Assembly: GCA_032718475.1 (NCBI GenBank)
Contig: JAUCBJ010005653.1
Location: forward strand, 1 to 64,000
DNA: 64,000 bases
Source: Nemertoderma westbladi
Lineage: Eukaryota; Animalia; Xenacoelomorpha
Direction: 5' to 3'
The notes beneath the pieces were generated by a model. The model did no database searches. It worked only from the letters and a program-made list of their open reading frames with translations, and was not told the origin of the DNA. The translations under genes were made by a program, and so were the position numbers. Numbering within the stretch: the stretch's first letter is position 1; every line of letters starts with the position of its first letter. Below are positions 24,422-38,578 of the stretch, one piece after another.

Positions 24422-25891
24422 CCCTATTAAACCCGGGGGGGGGGGGAGGGGGTCAATATGACCGCCCGTGGTTTTTTAGTTACAATTCCGAAACAAGCGC
24501 AGTTGGGAATCTGAAATTTTATGACTTTTCCTAAAACTCAATCTTTCTAGTAGTGAAAACTGTTTTCAACAATATTGGGTAGTTTTCGAGTTATAGCACC
24601 ATTTTTAACCCTACTTTTGGCCCTTTTTTTGAGACGTTTTTTGAAAATTACAGTTCATTAAATATGATTTGTAACATCTCTATTTTTGATTTACACCGGT
24701 TTTTTAGTGTTAGCAATTGGATGGAATTCATATAAATTGATTTAGAAATTTCAAACTTTTTTTTTCGGCGGGTGCAAAATTTTGGTGCCAGCACCAAATT
24801 TTGAAATATGTCAATTTTGTAAATTGATTGTTTGAAATTTGTTTTATACGCAATTGGGGTTTTTTGTGGTTCAGGTTTCGATGGAATATATACGAGTTGC
24901 ACCAAGCGTATCAAACTTGTATTTTTCGGTGCAGTGTGCAAATTTTGGTGCTAGCACGAAATTTTGAAAATCCATTCAATGTATAAAATTGCTTGTGATA
25001 ATTTATTTCTTGCGTTTTAGAGGTTTATGGCTGTTTTGAATTCAATGGAATATATAATTATCGAACTAGACATCTCAAACTTGTATTTTTCGGAAGTGGG
25101 TGCAAAATGTGGTGCTAGCAAGAGTTTTCAAACTTGGTATTTTTCGCCGTCGGGTGAAAATTGTTGTGCCAGCACCAAATTTTTTAAAATACGCAAATTT
25201 ATCCGAAGATAGTATCATCTTGTTTCTTTCGTTATACGGGTTTATGAGGGTCCTGAATCCGATGGAATCAATAAAAACAGCACTGGACATCGCAAACTTG
25301 TAATTTTTGGTGATGGGTACGAAATTTGGTGCTAGCACCAAAATCTGCCAAATTACGCCGAAAAATACAAGTAGATATGATCTGGCATATTAGAAATGTA
25401 TTCCATTACAATTAGCGCCCTAGAAAACCTATAAATGTGAATTTACAGCATCGTATAAGTGAATAAAAAAATTTGTGTTCTAACTGAAAAGTGCTGGTTA
25501 CTTGTTTTTTTTTTCATTTTTTTCCTACGCAGAGAGGACTAAACAGCCATTTATAGTAATCAAATCATTTCTAAATATTTTCGATGTATTTTGCGCCCCA
25601 GAAAACCTGTATTGAAATACAATTAGCCGATAAATGTAACTTTCAAATTTTGTGAAAATTGTGCACTACTTGTAATTTTGGTGATGCAATATAACCACTC
25701 CAGTAAATTTTTTCTAAATTTTTTTTTTCGGTCGTATCCAGACTAGTGATACCTACGTACAAACAAAAAATCAGACGTTTTCGTAAAAATTTGTAGATTA
25801 TAGAGGGGGGGGGGGGGGGGGGGGGGTCAATATGACCCCCCCCCCCCCCCCCGGTATTTGTACAACATTTTATAGCCCGGTACTAATAGGG
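24422..25891 (+). mobile_element. piggyBac-like non-autonomous transposon (TTAA TSD)
   Basis: TTAA|CCCTATTA ... TAATAGGG|TTAA (TTAA at 24418-24421 and 25892-25895); subterminal G-run GGTCAATATGACC motif at both ends; no transposase ORF. Confidence 0.82.
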
Positions 25892-25952
25892 TTAAGTTAT
25901 TGTTAACTGCCCCCATGCAGTAACACTCATCATATGCTACCTTTATCGGCAA

Positions 25953-26537
25953 CACTGCCATCATCTACGGTACCACTGCCATCATCTACGGTACCACTGC
26001 CATCATCTACGGTACCACTGCCATCATCTACGGTACCACTGCCATCCTCTACGGTACCACTGCCATCATCTACGGTACCACTGCCATCATCTACGGTACC
26101 ACTGCCATCCTCTACGGTACCACTGCCATCCTCTACGGTACCACTGCCATCATCTACGGTACCACTGCCATCATCTACGGTACCACTGCCATCATCTACG
26201 GTACCACTGCCATCATCTACGGTACCACTGCCATCATCTACGGTACCACTGCCATCATCTACGGTACCACTGCCATCCTCTACGGTACCACTGCCATCCT
26301 CTACGGTACCACTGCCATCCTCTACGGTACCACTGCCATCATCTACGGTACCACTGCCATCATCTACGGTACCACTGCCATCATCTACGGTACCACTGCC
26401 ATCATCTACGGTACCACTGCCATCATCTACGGTACCACTGCCATCATCTACGGTACCACTGCCATCATCTACGGTACCACTGCCATCATCTACGGTACCA
26501 CTGCCATCATCTACGGTACCACTGCCATCATCTACGG
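25953..26537 (+). repeat. 21-bp minisatellite (CCACTGCCATCATCTACGGTA)n, about 28 units
   Basis: Near-perfect tandem array; the PLPSSTV ORF is a by-product. Confidence 0.97.
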
Positions 26538-26902
26538 ACTTACTCTCAATCTAAATTCAGCATTGCGAGCGTCGCCACAACTCCTGTGAATTGGGATTAT
26601 GGATTTGTAAGACAGGTGAGGGAGGAACTTCAAATATGTAAGGGAAGGGAATGGGTGACATTGAATGAATTAATATATCCTGTGTCAGCCACCATTCACG
26701 CATAATTATTAACTGTTAATATTTACTAATTAAATTATTGTTATTGCATGCATTGTGTGTGAAAATTGTTTTCAAAAAAATAGAAGTAGAAAATAGAACC
26801 AGAATTTAAAAGTCACATAGAATCTCGGAATCCTAACGTTCGTTTTTTTTAGAACAGCACTATTAACCAGTACTCAACTCATATAGGAGAACTCTAAGGC
26901 CA

Positions 26903-27211
26903 GGCCCGTGCTCCTATGGTAAGACGTAAGTTATCTTTAAGACCTAAGTTATAATCCATGAGTCGAAAGTAATGATGTCCCATGTTCCATCTTTTGACTT
27001 ACTGCTTATGACAGGCTGGAGGCCTATGATTGGTTACTTTGGCTAATGTGTATTAAATGTCAGGCACATCATATATATTTTAACAAATGACTTTATGTCT
27101 TACAACTTACTTACCAGTGGAGCATGGGAGCTGCACTTTTGACATACGGACTCGCCAAAATCTGAAAAGGACTTATGACTTGCGACTCACTACTTACCGG
27201 GAGCACGAGCC
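26903..27211. mobile_element. MITE, possibly PIF/Harbinger-like
   Basis: GGCCCGTGCTCCTATGGTAAG at the left and CTTACCGGGAGCACGAGCC at the right, with a second internal TIR-like copy at ~27110-27130. The TSD is not clean. Confidence 0.45.
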
Positions 27212-30200
27212 TAAGGATGACTCGAAATCTTCAAATTGAACATACACAAGAATGCTGCAGTGTTCATTGTGACAAGTACAAATGCAAGAACCCAAAGTTA
27301 ACTACATGTAATTGTGTTAGTTGCTGGTGAATACCGATATTTGTTCGATACTTTTGATACTATAAAGTTTTAAAGTAACCAACCAATTCTAACATCTGCA
27401 ATTTGGGGAAACTAACATTGCGCAAGACTCCTAATAAGGGGTATTTAGTATTTTAGTGTGTAAATCTTCCAAGAATTATGGTATAATATTTCTCTGTCTT
27501 TAAAAAAAACAAAATTGCTCTTTTAACATTTTAAAAACTTGCTGTGGCTGTGTATCACACTCATTAATTTAAGAAATGGATTGTGGTAATACGTATTTTA
27601 ATATATTATTAACTAGCGTCCATAACTCTAGTCTTAATCTTAATTACTGTCTAAAAGTTTTGCAAAAGTAGCGTAGCCAAAAAGAGCATTGAATAAGGGG
27701 TAACAATAGGAACAAAGACATCAATGCCAACCACGGTGGATGTTCTTTGTTTATGTTTAAAGCCTACGCTGGTAGAGGGAATCGCAAAAAAGATTTAGGG
27801 TAATTAGCCGCTAGATTTATGTTAAAAATGGTGTTTATTTGGTTAAAAGCGTTTGATGTTTAATTTTTCGGTTGAATTTTTCGCCAATTCCGACGAAACA
27901 CTTTCGCACGCATGACACGCAGTACCTATGCCAATCGTCAATATGCAGTATATATAAATCTAGCTATTCGTAAAGTGTGCGCACGCTATAGGTAACAGGT
28001 GCTTATGCTTAGCACGGCAATATAGGAAGTACTGTATATTATAATAACCACTTCTCCTCAGTATGTGTTTCACTAGAGAGCCTTGTTTCTATAGCATGCA
28101 TCTACCCTTGGAGTTTTATTAATGTATATCGAATAGAGACGAGAGCTCAACAAGGCTGCCAGTGCAGCCACTAACTGCACGAAAAATCAATAGCGTTTCT
28201 TAGCAGCAAACGGAAGCAGTATGATGTTGCACCCTCCATGAAGAGAGTGCTCCGTAGATAAAGGCTGTCACACTCCGCTTGGGTTTAACAGTTAGGGCTT
28301 TCATAACGCTATGTAACAACACAATTTCAACCTACTAACTTTATTACTTTTGGTTTATAAATTTCTATGGGTAGATTTTAAATATATTGCACGTTTAATT
28401 TCTTTTCCTTTCTTTGATTTCGGTGCTTCGCCTATTTTAGGCTACTGCGAAAGGGTCGCTATTTATTTTTTATATCTTTATGAGTAACCAATTATGCTGG
28501 TAAGTTTTTATCAACTATTATCTGTCACGTTGTATAGATTTTTAATTAAACTATATGGCTACAGTTATGGTTTATATTTTGCTACAGCGCTCATGTATAA
28601 GGTTAAAATTAATAGAGATATATAAGCCTATATTGTAAATCCAATATAATATAATACGAACATGTTCAATAAGATTTCATGACACATATGTCTTATTTTT
28701 ATTGAAAAAAGTGTTTCTAATTGAAATACCTTTGTGCCCTGTAAAACGGCAGATATCCATTATAGTATTATGATTAGTTAAGCAATAGAACAACAGGTAT
28801 CCTTTATAGTATGACACCAACCAAGGACATGGTCTGGCCAATATTGGCACCCCTCATGTGTAAAGCGGTTGACGGTGTTGGTATCAGTAACTTACGGAAC
28901 ACTTTGTAACTGAATTACCTCAGTATTCTAGCCTATGTAATGTATACAACAGCGACTGGAGGTTTTGCCAACATATACAAAGATTATTACTCTCATTCGT
29001 ATTCATCTTGTACTATTTGTACATCCCGGATTATATTAATGACTATTGTTCAAAAGACCTGTAGACTTTTACCATTCTATGGATTTAATTATTCATTGAG
29101 TATCTCATATCCTGACAAAGTGAAACGTTATTTGGTTTATAATGTAGTCTGCTATATTTGTTGTCCTGTTCGGTCATGTTCGTGATATTGATCGACAGTA
29201 TGTCTGTATTCTTTTTCAAGCAATTGTAAATCCATATATAGGCCTAATACAATTAAAAAACATAAATAAGTATTAAGTTAGTGAATTTGTGACTTTGTAA
29301 TGAAATAAATTAAATACAAAACATTTGTTACATTCTACTAAAAATATTTCATAACACTTTAATATCTTTCTTTTTTTTTCATAACTTATTTAGTATCCTT
29401 TTCCAAATAAATGAATTATTGTTACAATAAATAGGTCTACTATCCATTGCTCGACCATCATTAATCAGTATTCCTCTCACTACCAGTAATATACGTACAC
29501 ACTGATCAACGACTATATATCATCAATAATATATATCAGCATATACAACAACAACATACATCAACATATATAACGATCAACTATATACATATTACTCAAA
29601 ACATACCAATATTACCAGGAATCATTATGCCACCACTACAGACTTAACATAAGACAGAACACGTTTATCAGTAGATATAACATTGATCACTAATGCATCT
29701 TCTACATACCAGTAGACATTCTATATTTGGATGCAATGTGTTATTATGGCATGGCACGATACGGAACGACAATGCAAGGCATCAGAATCGAAATTTATTT
29801 GTTTGTTGTATATAAAATTAATAAATCGCATCGTCAAATAAGTTTGTAGGCCTAGGTAAAATGAACTGCTCGTAAAATAATTTCTTAACGTCAGGTTATA
29901 GTTATAGACAATTGTTTTTACATGTAGGCTGGGATATTGTTGTAAAGTTTGTTTGTGAATAAATGATGACAACTTACTCACGAACTGATTCTTTATAACC
30001 ACAGAAGAATTTAAAAGAAACGATGAGTTTGGATTTGAATCAATATGGTTCTTATATTACACTACTGGAGCAAGTAGGTGTAAGTATATTTGGAGAAAAA
30101 CCTTTGGAAAATAGAAATATGTAGGGAGCGCAATTTTTGAAACATGTTTCCAAGAGGTTTGTTTGTGGAGTTGGGAGCTGTTTTTGAGTCTGACCAAATG

Positions 30201-33200
30201 TAATAGTTTATAGTTAAGGTCTCGTTTGTAAGTGAGCTTTGTACTATATTTCATAAACCCTGTGCAGTGCATACAGTTTGCACCCTCGTGTATACTTCAA
30301 TATTACGATGGTCAACAGGCATTCCTAGTAATTAGTCATCCACCACAATAATGCTGAGCTTGTTACGTTGATGGACAGACCATGGCATTTGTTGTAGAGA
30401 CTAGTATTGTAGAACAGCAGTCAATAGTATTCTACAGATTAATAATAATAATATATATACATTTTTTTTAAAACGCCTTTCCAATTTGTTCAAGGCGCAA
30501 TTATATTGTTTGTGATGGTTGCGTATTAGAATAATAAATATGTTTTTCATGTTTTCGTTTTCATTTCAATCACAAAATACGTACGGATAGTGTCATGAAA
30601 TAAAATAAACCCCATAAAATAATAGGTTAGTTTATATTCTGTGTATATGACACGGTTGGTTGATGACGAATCATGTTTCTTACCATCAGAGTAACAGCTA
30701 GGAGATGCATTGTGTTGCACATCGGAGCGCATTTAAATTGGTAAAGTCTTTCGATGATATATGATAATCAATATTCAATATATAATATAACTCAACCTAT
30801 TGTTTGATATACTTGACATCAGGCAACCTACATTACAGCATAGATTATTGTTATATGGAAAAACGTGTTACTAATGCAGACATCAGATACTGCTGGTGTT
30901 GGTGTAGCTTCACACCCACAGGATTCACCCACCACCAGTGTTTAGAGCTGTATGGTTGTGTTGTTACATACATAGCAATGATGCAATTCAATATAGAGGG
31001 ATTCACCAATTATTCGTTTTGTTATACTTTTATTTAATATACAAATTTATATTGATAGGAAATTATCTCCAAAGTTTTGTTACTGAAAGTTGGAAAATTT
31101 AATCATTAACAGAGTTTCCTCTGATTTTAGGTCATTGATTGCATGAGTCAATTTCAAAACGATAAACAAACATATTGGATATATATTAGATTTATATTAA
31201 TATATATTTTTTTATATTTCTAAAAAAAATCTAAGACGAAATAAGTAGGTGAATTTCTATTTATTTATATATCACTAATCACCAGGGACCAGGCTACTAC
31301 TGTGTTACGAACTTACTGTTTGTATGTCTGTTTGTATGCGGTATTTTCTGTGTATAATGTACCTTTTCTTGTATCTGTTGAAATATAAAACAACAGTCGT
31401 AATATTGGAATTGTTTACGTACAGTATATAAACTAGTTTCATAGCAACAGCACGAGACAGTAATTAATGAGTAATGGATCTCTACAGATACTATAAATTC
31501 CACCACATAAGATACCCCACATAAAACATGCAAGCAAGACATATTGGCATGATGAAAGACATTCATGATGCCAGAAAGGCTAGTTAAAGGTATGCCCTCC
31601 CATAGTATTCCATAGTTTGTTGTTTATCTGCAGCAACCTGTTGTATGGTAGGTAAAGTATCCTCACAATGTGAGTGTTTTACCGAGCTACTACAGGTAAT
31701 TCTTTCAAGAAAGGTGAACTTATTGCGCATTCAGATCTCGTTCCTAGTAACCTGGTCGTTTTATACAACACAGCTTTGCTACACACATACCGGTACTGGC
31801 ATTATGAGCTGTCTGTCTTTACGACATCCCCTAAATCTTATCGGATTTCGCTCCCCTGCAAGCTAATTCATATAAGTCGCTTTTTCATCAATTACCAGCA
31901 GTAATTGTCTTATTGCAATTAATAGCGTTTAATATGTAGAAATCTGCGGCCCAATAAAGAGATCCAATGTTGATGTCATGGGACAACCGGTAATCCTTGC
32001 TCCTCCGATAATTTGAATACTTGGAAATTTTTGTGGAATTAAATTTTTAATTTTATTGGTTCACAGGTATGTTAGTACAATATAAATCAGTGGAAAGCAA
32101 TTCTTTTTCGTAGTAATGTTTTTAAAAATGTGTGAATTTATTTAACTTTTTCACTAAAGTTTCCCGAAAATTAATTCAATAATTACTTTTTTTCATTAAT
32201 TTTTCAGAAAATTTGTTAAAAAAAGTAAAAATAAAAAAAAACATTAACTAAAGTGGTAACAGATACAACACCATATATAGATACTGTTATTGCTGTTAAA
32301 AAAAATTGTAATATTGTTATTAAATTTTAAATTTTTTATATTGCTGTTTAATTGATAATTTCAAATACGAGCTACAGGTCATAAAATCATAAATATTGCA
32401 TTCTAAATTCACAATTTTACATCCAATTTGCAACAGCTAATAATATACAATGCCATTGTCCTAGTACGGAAGATCCCGACATTACAACCTGTTCTTGAGA
32501 TTACTTATATAAAACGATAAAACTGTCACTTATTTCATTACTACAGTATACGCAGTCGGTATACAATATTGTGCATACTGCAAAGTTCTATGTATAATAA
32601 TATGTAGGCAAACTCCCCACCACCAGGAGAGCTGCATTCTATATACTGACTCCAGTACATTATACACACACACAAGCATCAAACACACAAAGAAACCATT
32701 CGGTTACTCCGAGGTAAAGGACGTTGAGTGGATTGTAGTTGACTAGAGAGTCAGCCTGTTCATTTATAATCATGGTCGCTGGTCCAGGGGGGATGACTTG
32801 TGCAGGAAACGTTGTTATACACACCATGCTGTCAGCCATAATTTGGGAATACAGAAAGCAGGATGGCGACACAGGTGCATCCTACAGGGATCTAGGTAGT
32901 CATTGGCTAGTTACTGTAGTAAGTGCAAGAGAACTGTCATCGTAGCGGAGTTGAACTCTAGCTGTATAAACGTTAACCTTGCATTTACTTTGGACATTTA
33001 ATAAAATGCACGCTGGTAGATTTATTTTTTAGAAACAAGGTTTGAATTAGAAATTAATCCGAAACTACTTAAATCATTAGGTTATGTGCTACGTAGTAAG
33101 ATAAAGACGCACAACATTTTGAAGGTATTAGGAGGACTTCATCAGTACTTAGCTGAAACTATAACCAAAACAAATTTTTGTCTTAATGTGTGTGCTGTTG

Positions 33201-33386
33201 AGTGATAATTTAATTTCGTGAAACTGTGAAACCGAAAAAAACTTTCAGTGAATAACATCTATGTGTGAATAATGAATATTACTCATGCCAATCGTTGAAT
33301 TATTGTCTTTATTGATGTGTGGGAAGTCATCCTACGGTTGTACATAGTCCTCAGTTATCCTCTTAAGGAATATGTTGTGCTTTTTT

Positions 33387-33428
33387 ATGGAATCTGAGCA
33401 AGGACAACCACAGCCATACTATGTAGAG
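33387..33428 (+). CDS. Candidate upstream coding exon of the PTB gene (MESEQGQPQPYYVE)
   Basis: ATG-initiated, ends in phase 0 at a consensus donor GAG|GTAAGT, compatible with the phase-0 exon at 40222. No recognisable homology. Confidence 0.3.
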
Positions 33429-33774
33429 GTAAGTTATATAAAACATATAATCTCACAACTTATTTTTATGGATCTATTATGTTGCTTATTCAAAGGGTTT
33501 TAAAATTGGTTATCAAAAAGTTACTGTCGCCCAATTCTTAGCCCAATTATATTTCCAATAATACTTCCACTACTTGACACCTATTTTAAAATAACATTAA
33601 AATGTAGTTGTTAATATAAAGTAACTGTACCTTGTCTACCTATGGATTTTATTTAAACACTTAAATTATCTGACAGCTTTTCTAGAAATTCGATATAATA
33701 TTTAGTTTTTCTTTATTTTGGTTTTGTTTTATGTAGCGCTTACTACTAGGATCGGCATGCTGCATTGCAGCGGC

Positions 33775-34170
33775 ATTTTTAAGAAAGCTGTGACGGCTTG
33801 CCGACAAAATTGTGCCGCCACAAATCCTTATCACCCATGACATTTACTAGATCATCCGCATCTTCAAGGCCAGTGTCCTTTAAGATTCGTCTAAAGAAAG
33901 TCATGGGCTGTCCACCATGCTTATTCACTCCATGAGGCTGCCAAAGTACAAGATTATGCACTGGCTTTTCCTCACTGCGAAAGCAATGTCTTGCAAAGCG
34001 GAGGCGGCTTTGATCTAGTATCAGGCTTTTGGGAACCAATGAGACACCTCCAATGTTATATAGTGTCTGGTTGGAGATGTGTGCATTGAACTTGACACAA
34101 TGAACCCGGCGTATAATTCCTGTGAATGTGCCATCCATCTCAGCAGTTAGAGCCCAGCATGGACTCCCAT
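33775..34170 (-). mobile_element. RTE LINE 3' fragment (same family as 19551-20612)
   Basis: Shares GGGAACCAATGAGACACCTCCAATGTTATATAGTGTCTGG with ~19600-19640; encodes RLRFARHCFR...VLWQPHG. Confidence 0.85.
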
Positions 34171-34640
34171 GTAACGCTTTCCAATAATTGGCAATTTTGA
34201 TAAGCATTTCCGTCTTCATATTATTAACCATGATACATCAGCAGAGCGAGAAAATTTTACTCCTGTGGTTATTCATAATTTGCCTCTGAAACCAATTAAA
34301 AAGGTAAATTTAAAAAGGTAAATTTTACCTAGCTAGTCCTATAAAATTTTTAGCTTCGCGGCACAGAAGAAAACTGTTTTATAAAATATTCATTTTTTAG
34401 CTAACAATTAAAACTGTAAGATTAAACTTAAACCGTAAAACTAAAAAATTTCCAGTAAATTAATAGATAATAATGATGAGACATTCATAACATCAATGTT
34501 ATAAAAATATAAATTATATCACTACAATGTATAATTAAAATAATAATAATAATTGAAATATATAAACTTTTCTACATCTTTTGATTATTTATGAGGATCA
34601 TTTGATGATTTTTTTCCAAATTATTTATTTATATAATATA

Positions 34641-34865
34641 ATAGGACAATGTGATAATGCTCCACATAGCGAATAATATCATTGAGTGATTAGTTGGCCT
34701 AAATATGATATTCCACTCTATAGATAATTCTTCATCCGTCCTGGTAGCTCAGTACACACACCCGGCTGAAGATAACCGGAAATTTGAAACCTAGGTACCG
34801 GGTTCAAGCCCCAATAGGGTCGGTTGAAATATTTCGCTATGGAGAGCATTGTCATATTGTCCTAT
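34641..34865 (+). mobile_element. tRNA-like SINE head flanked by ~40-bp inverted repeats
   Basis: GGTAGCTCAGT (A-box-like) and GGTTCAAGCCC (B-box-like) at ~34743-34812; arms ATAGGACAATGTGATAATGCTCCACATAGCGAA and TTCGCTATGGAGAGCATTGTCATATTGTCCTAT. Confidence 0.55.
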
Positions 34866-35444
34866 TTACATTTAATTCACCGTCACTTAGACTCACCCCA
34901 CAACAATTCATTTATTATTATTAATTATTTATTTAGATGATTTTCCAAAAATAATGTAAATTTCAGTATGTAAATTAAAGAAATATTGTTGTTTATTTTA
35001 ATGAAGTGTTTATTATTTTTCTGCTTTCTGCTTGAACGATTATACTAATTTGGTATTATGTTTTTTCTCTGAGTGTAGCTATCTAATAAACTGAGTTAGA
35101 TGTAGACCCATACTGTCTTATGAATTTATTCAATTCACCTCATACATATACCTATACCTGGTGATATAAAATTAATATAAATTCCCTGTAAACAATGCAC
35201 GCTGAAGGTGGGGCATAGCCTTCTGACAAATTAGAAGTTAAATTATATAAAACAAATAATTCTAATGTTTTCCACTCATTTCTTATATAGTTAGTTATGT
35301 TTTAAAATGTAAAAACTGCTGATGGAAATTTTGTTGTTAAAAATTAAAATGTTATTTTTTCATGGTAAACCTTGCTCCCTATACTTCTTGCTGCTCTCAG
35401 AAATATTGAAATTGATAATTGCAATATATATCCCAAAGTTTCAG

Positions 35445-38400
35445 ATTGTCACTATTTAGCTAAGTATATCCCACGGTTACGGATTGGAACTATTTAGCTA
35501 AGTATATCCCACGATTACGGATTGTCACTATTTAGCTAAGTATATCCCACGGTTACGGATTGGAACTATTTAGCTAAGTATATCCCACGATTACGGATTG
35601 GAACTATTTAGCTAAGTATATCCCACGGTTACGGATTGGAACTATTTAGCTAAGTATATCCCATGGTTACGGATTGGAACTATTTAGCTAAGTATATCCC
35701 ACGATTACGGATTGGAACTATTTAGCTAAGTATATCCCACGGTTACGGATTGGAACTATTTAGCTAAGTATATCCCATGGTTACGAATTGGAACTATTTA
35801 GCTAAGTATATCCCACGGTTACGGATTGGAACTATTTAGCTAAGTATATCCCACGGTTACGGATTGGAACTATTTAGCTAAGTATCTCCCACGGTTACGG
35901 ATTGGAACTATTTAGCTAAGTATATCCCACGGTTACGGATTGGAACTATTTAGCTAAGTATATCCCACGGTTACGGATTGGAACTATTTAGCTAAGTATA
36001 TCCCACGGTTACGGATTGGAACTATTTAGCTAAGTATATCCCACGGTTACGGATTGGAACTATTTAGCTAAGTATATCCCACGGTTACGGATTGGAACTA
36101 TTTAGCTAAGTATATCCCACGGTTACGGATTGGAACTATTTAGCTAAGTATATCCCACGGTTACGGATTGGAACTATTTAGCTAAGTATATCCCACGGTT
36201 ACGGATTGGAACTATTTAGCTAAGTATATCCCACGGTTACGGATTGGAACTATTTAGCTAAGTATATCCCACGGTTACGAATTGGAACTATTTAGCTAAG
36301 TATATCCCACGGTTACGAATTGGAACTATTTAGCTAAGTATATCCCACGGTTACGAATTAGAACTATTTAGCTAAGTATATCCCACGGTTACGGATTGGA
36401 ACTATTTAGCTAAGTATATCCCACGGTTACGAATTGGAACTATTTAGCTAAGTATATCCCACGGTTATGGATTGGAACTATTTAGCTAAGTATATCCCAC
36501 GGTTACGGATTGGAACTATTTAGCTAAGTATATCCCACGGTTACGGATTGGAACTATTTAGCTAAGTATATCCCACGGTTACGAATTGGAACTATTTAGC
36601 TAAGTATATCCCACGGTTACGAATTGGAACTATTTAGCTAAGTATATCCCACGGTTACGGATTGGAACTATTTAGCTAAGTATATCCCACGGTTACGGAT
36701 TGGAACTATTTAGCTAAGTATATCCCACGGTTACGGATTGGAACTATTTAGCTAAGTATATCCCACGGTTATGGATTGGAACTATTTAGCTAAGTATATC
36801 CCATGGTTACGAATTGGAACTATTTAGCTAAGTATATCCCACGGTTACGGATTGGAACTATTTAGCTAAGTATATCCCACGGTTACGGATTGGAACTATT
36901 TAGCTAAGTATATCCCACGGTTATGGATTGGAACTATTTAGCTAAGTATATCCCACGGTTACGGATTGGAACTATTTAGCTAAGTATATCCCACGGTTAC
37001 GGATTGGAACTATTTAGCTAAGTATATCCCATGGTTACGGATTGGAACTATTTAGCTAAGTATATCCCATGGTTACGGATTGGAACTATTTAGCTAAGTA
37101 TATCCCATGGTTACGGATTGGAACTATTTAGCTAAGTATATCCCATGGTTACGGATTGGAACTATTTAGCTAAGTATATCCCACGGTTACGAATTGGAAC
37201 TATTTAGCTAAGTATATCCCACGGTTATGGATTGGAACTATTTAGCTAAGTATATCCCATGGTTACGGAATGGAACTATTTAGCTAAGTATATCCCACGG
37301 TTACGGATTGGAACTATTTAGCTAAGTATATCCCACGGTTATGGATTGGAACTATTTAGCTAAGTATATCCCACGGTTACGGATTGGAACTATTTAGCTA
37401 AGTATATCCCACGGTTACGGATTGGAACTATTTAGCTAAGTATATCCCACGGTTACGAATTGGAACTATTTAGCTAAGTATATCCCACGGTTACGGATTG
37501 GAACTATTTAGCTAAGTATATCCCACGGTTACGGATTGGAACTATTTAGCTAAGTATATCCCATGGTTACGGATTGGAACTATTTAGCTAAGTATATCCC
37601 ACGGTTACGAATTGGAACTATTTAGCTAAGTATATCCCACGGTTATGGATTGGAACTATTTAGCTAAGTATATCCCACGGTTACGGATTGGAACTATTTA
37701 GCTAAGTATATCCCACGGTTACGGATTGGAACTATTTAGCTAAGTATATCCCACGGTTACGAATTGGAACTATTTAGCTAAGTATATCCCACGGGTACGG
37801 ATTGGAACTATTTAGCTAAGTATATCCCACGGTTACGGATTGGAACTATTTAGCTAAGTATATCCCACGGTTACGGATTGGAACTATTTAGCTAAGTATA
37901 TCCCACGGTTACGGATTGGAACTATTTAGCTAAGTATATCCCACGGTTACGGATTGGAACTATTTAGCTAAGTATATCCCACGGTTACGGATTGGAACTA
38001 TTTAGCTAAGTATATCCCACGGTTACGAATTGGAACTATTTAGCTAAGTATATCCCACGGTTACGGATTGGAACTATTTAGCTAAGTATATCCCACGGTT
38101 ACGAATTGGAACTATTTAGCTAAGTATATCCCACGGTTACGGATTGGAACTATTTAGCTAAGTATATCCCACGGTTACGGATTGGAACTATTTAGCTAAG
38201 TATATCCCACGGTTACGAATTGGAACTATTTAGCGAAGTATATCCCACGGTTACGGATTGGAACTATTTAGCTAAGTATATCCCACGGTTACGGATTGGA
38301 ACTATTTAGCTAAGTATATCCCACGGTTACGGATTGGAACTATTTAGCTAAGTATATCCCACGGTTACGGTTGGAACTATTTAGCTAAGTATATCCCACG

Positions 38401-38578
38401 GTTACGGATTGGAACTATTTAGCTAAGTATATCCCACGGTTACGGATTGGAACTATATAGCTAAGTATCTCCCACGGTTACGGATTGGAACTATTTAGCT
38501 AAGTATATCCCACGGTTAGGGATTGGAACTATTTAGCTAAGTATATCCCACGGTTACGGATTGGAACTATTTAGCTAC
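35445..38578 (+). repeat. 38-bp minisatellite (TTGGAACTATTTAGCTAAGTATATCCCACGGTTACGGA)n, about 82 units
   Basis: Highly homogeneous head-to-tail array with no spacers; period 38 (35461 to 35499). Confidence 0.98.

Noticed and set aside
25934-26554. 206-aa Pro/Ser/Thr-rich mucin-like ORF
   Set aside because: It is entirely a 21-bp minisatellite; no signal peptide, no splice context and almost no synonymous divergence.
28070-28300. Possible structured ncRNA (snRNA or telomerase RNA; minus-strand CCCTAAC and an Sm-like ATTTTTC plus hairpin)
   Set aside because: The template-like match is only 7 nt. I found no pseudoknot, H/ACA domain or snRNA signature by eye. An Rfam search would settle it.
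32660-32950. EGF-like (DPCRMHLCRHPAFCIP) or LamG-like minus-strand fragment
   Set aside because: Too short, interrupted by stops, and without convincing splice sites.
33095-33150. Third hammerhead-like motif (minus-strand CTGATGA)
   Set aside because: GAAA box absent (CAAA) and stem II does not pair.
34735-34825. Functional tRNA gene
   Set aside because: Box-like motifs are present but no cloverleaf can be formed; treated as a SINE head.
35445-38578. CRISPR-like array (38-bp repeat)
   Set aside because: Units are contiguous with no unique spacers, there are no cas genes, and the context is eukaryotic.
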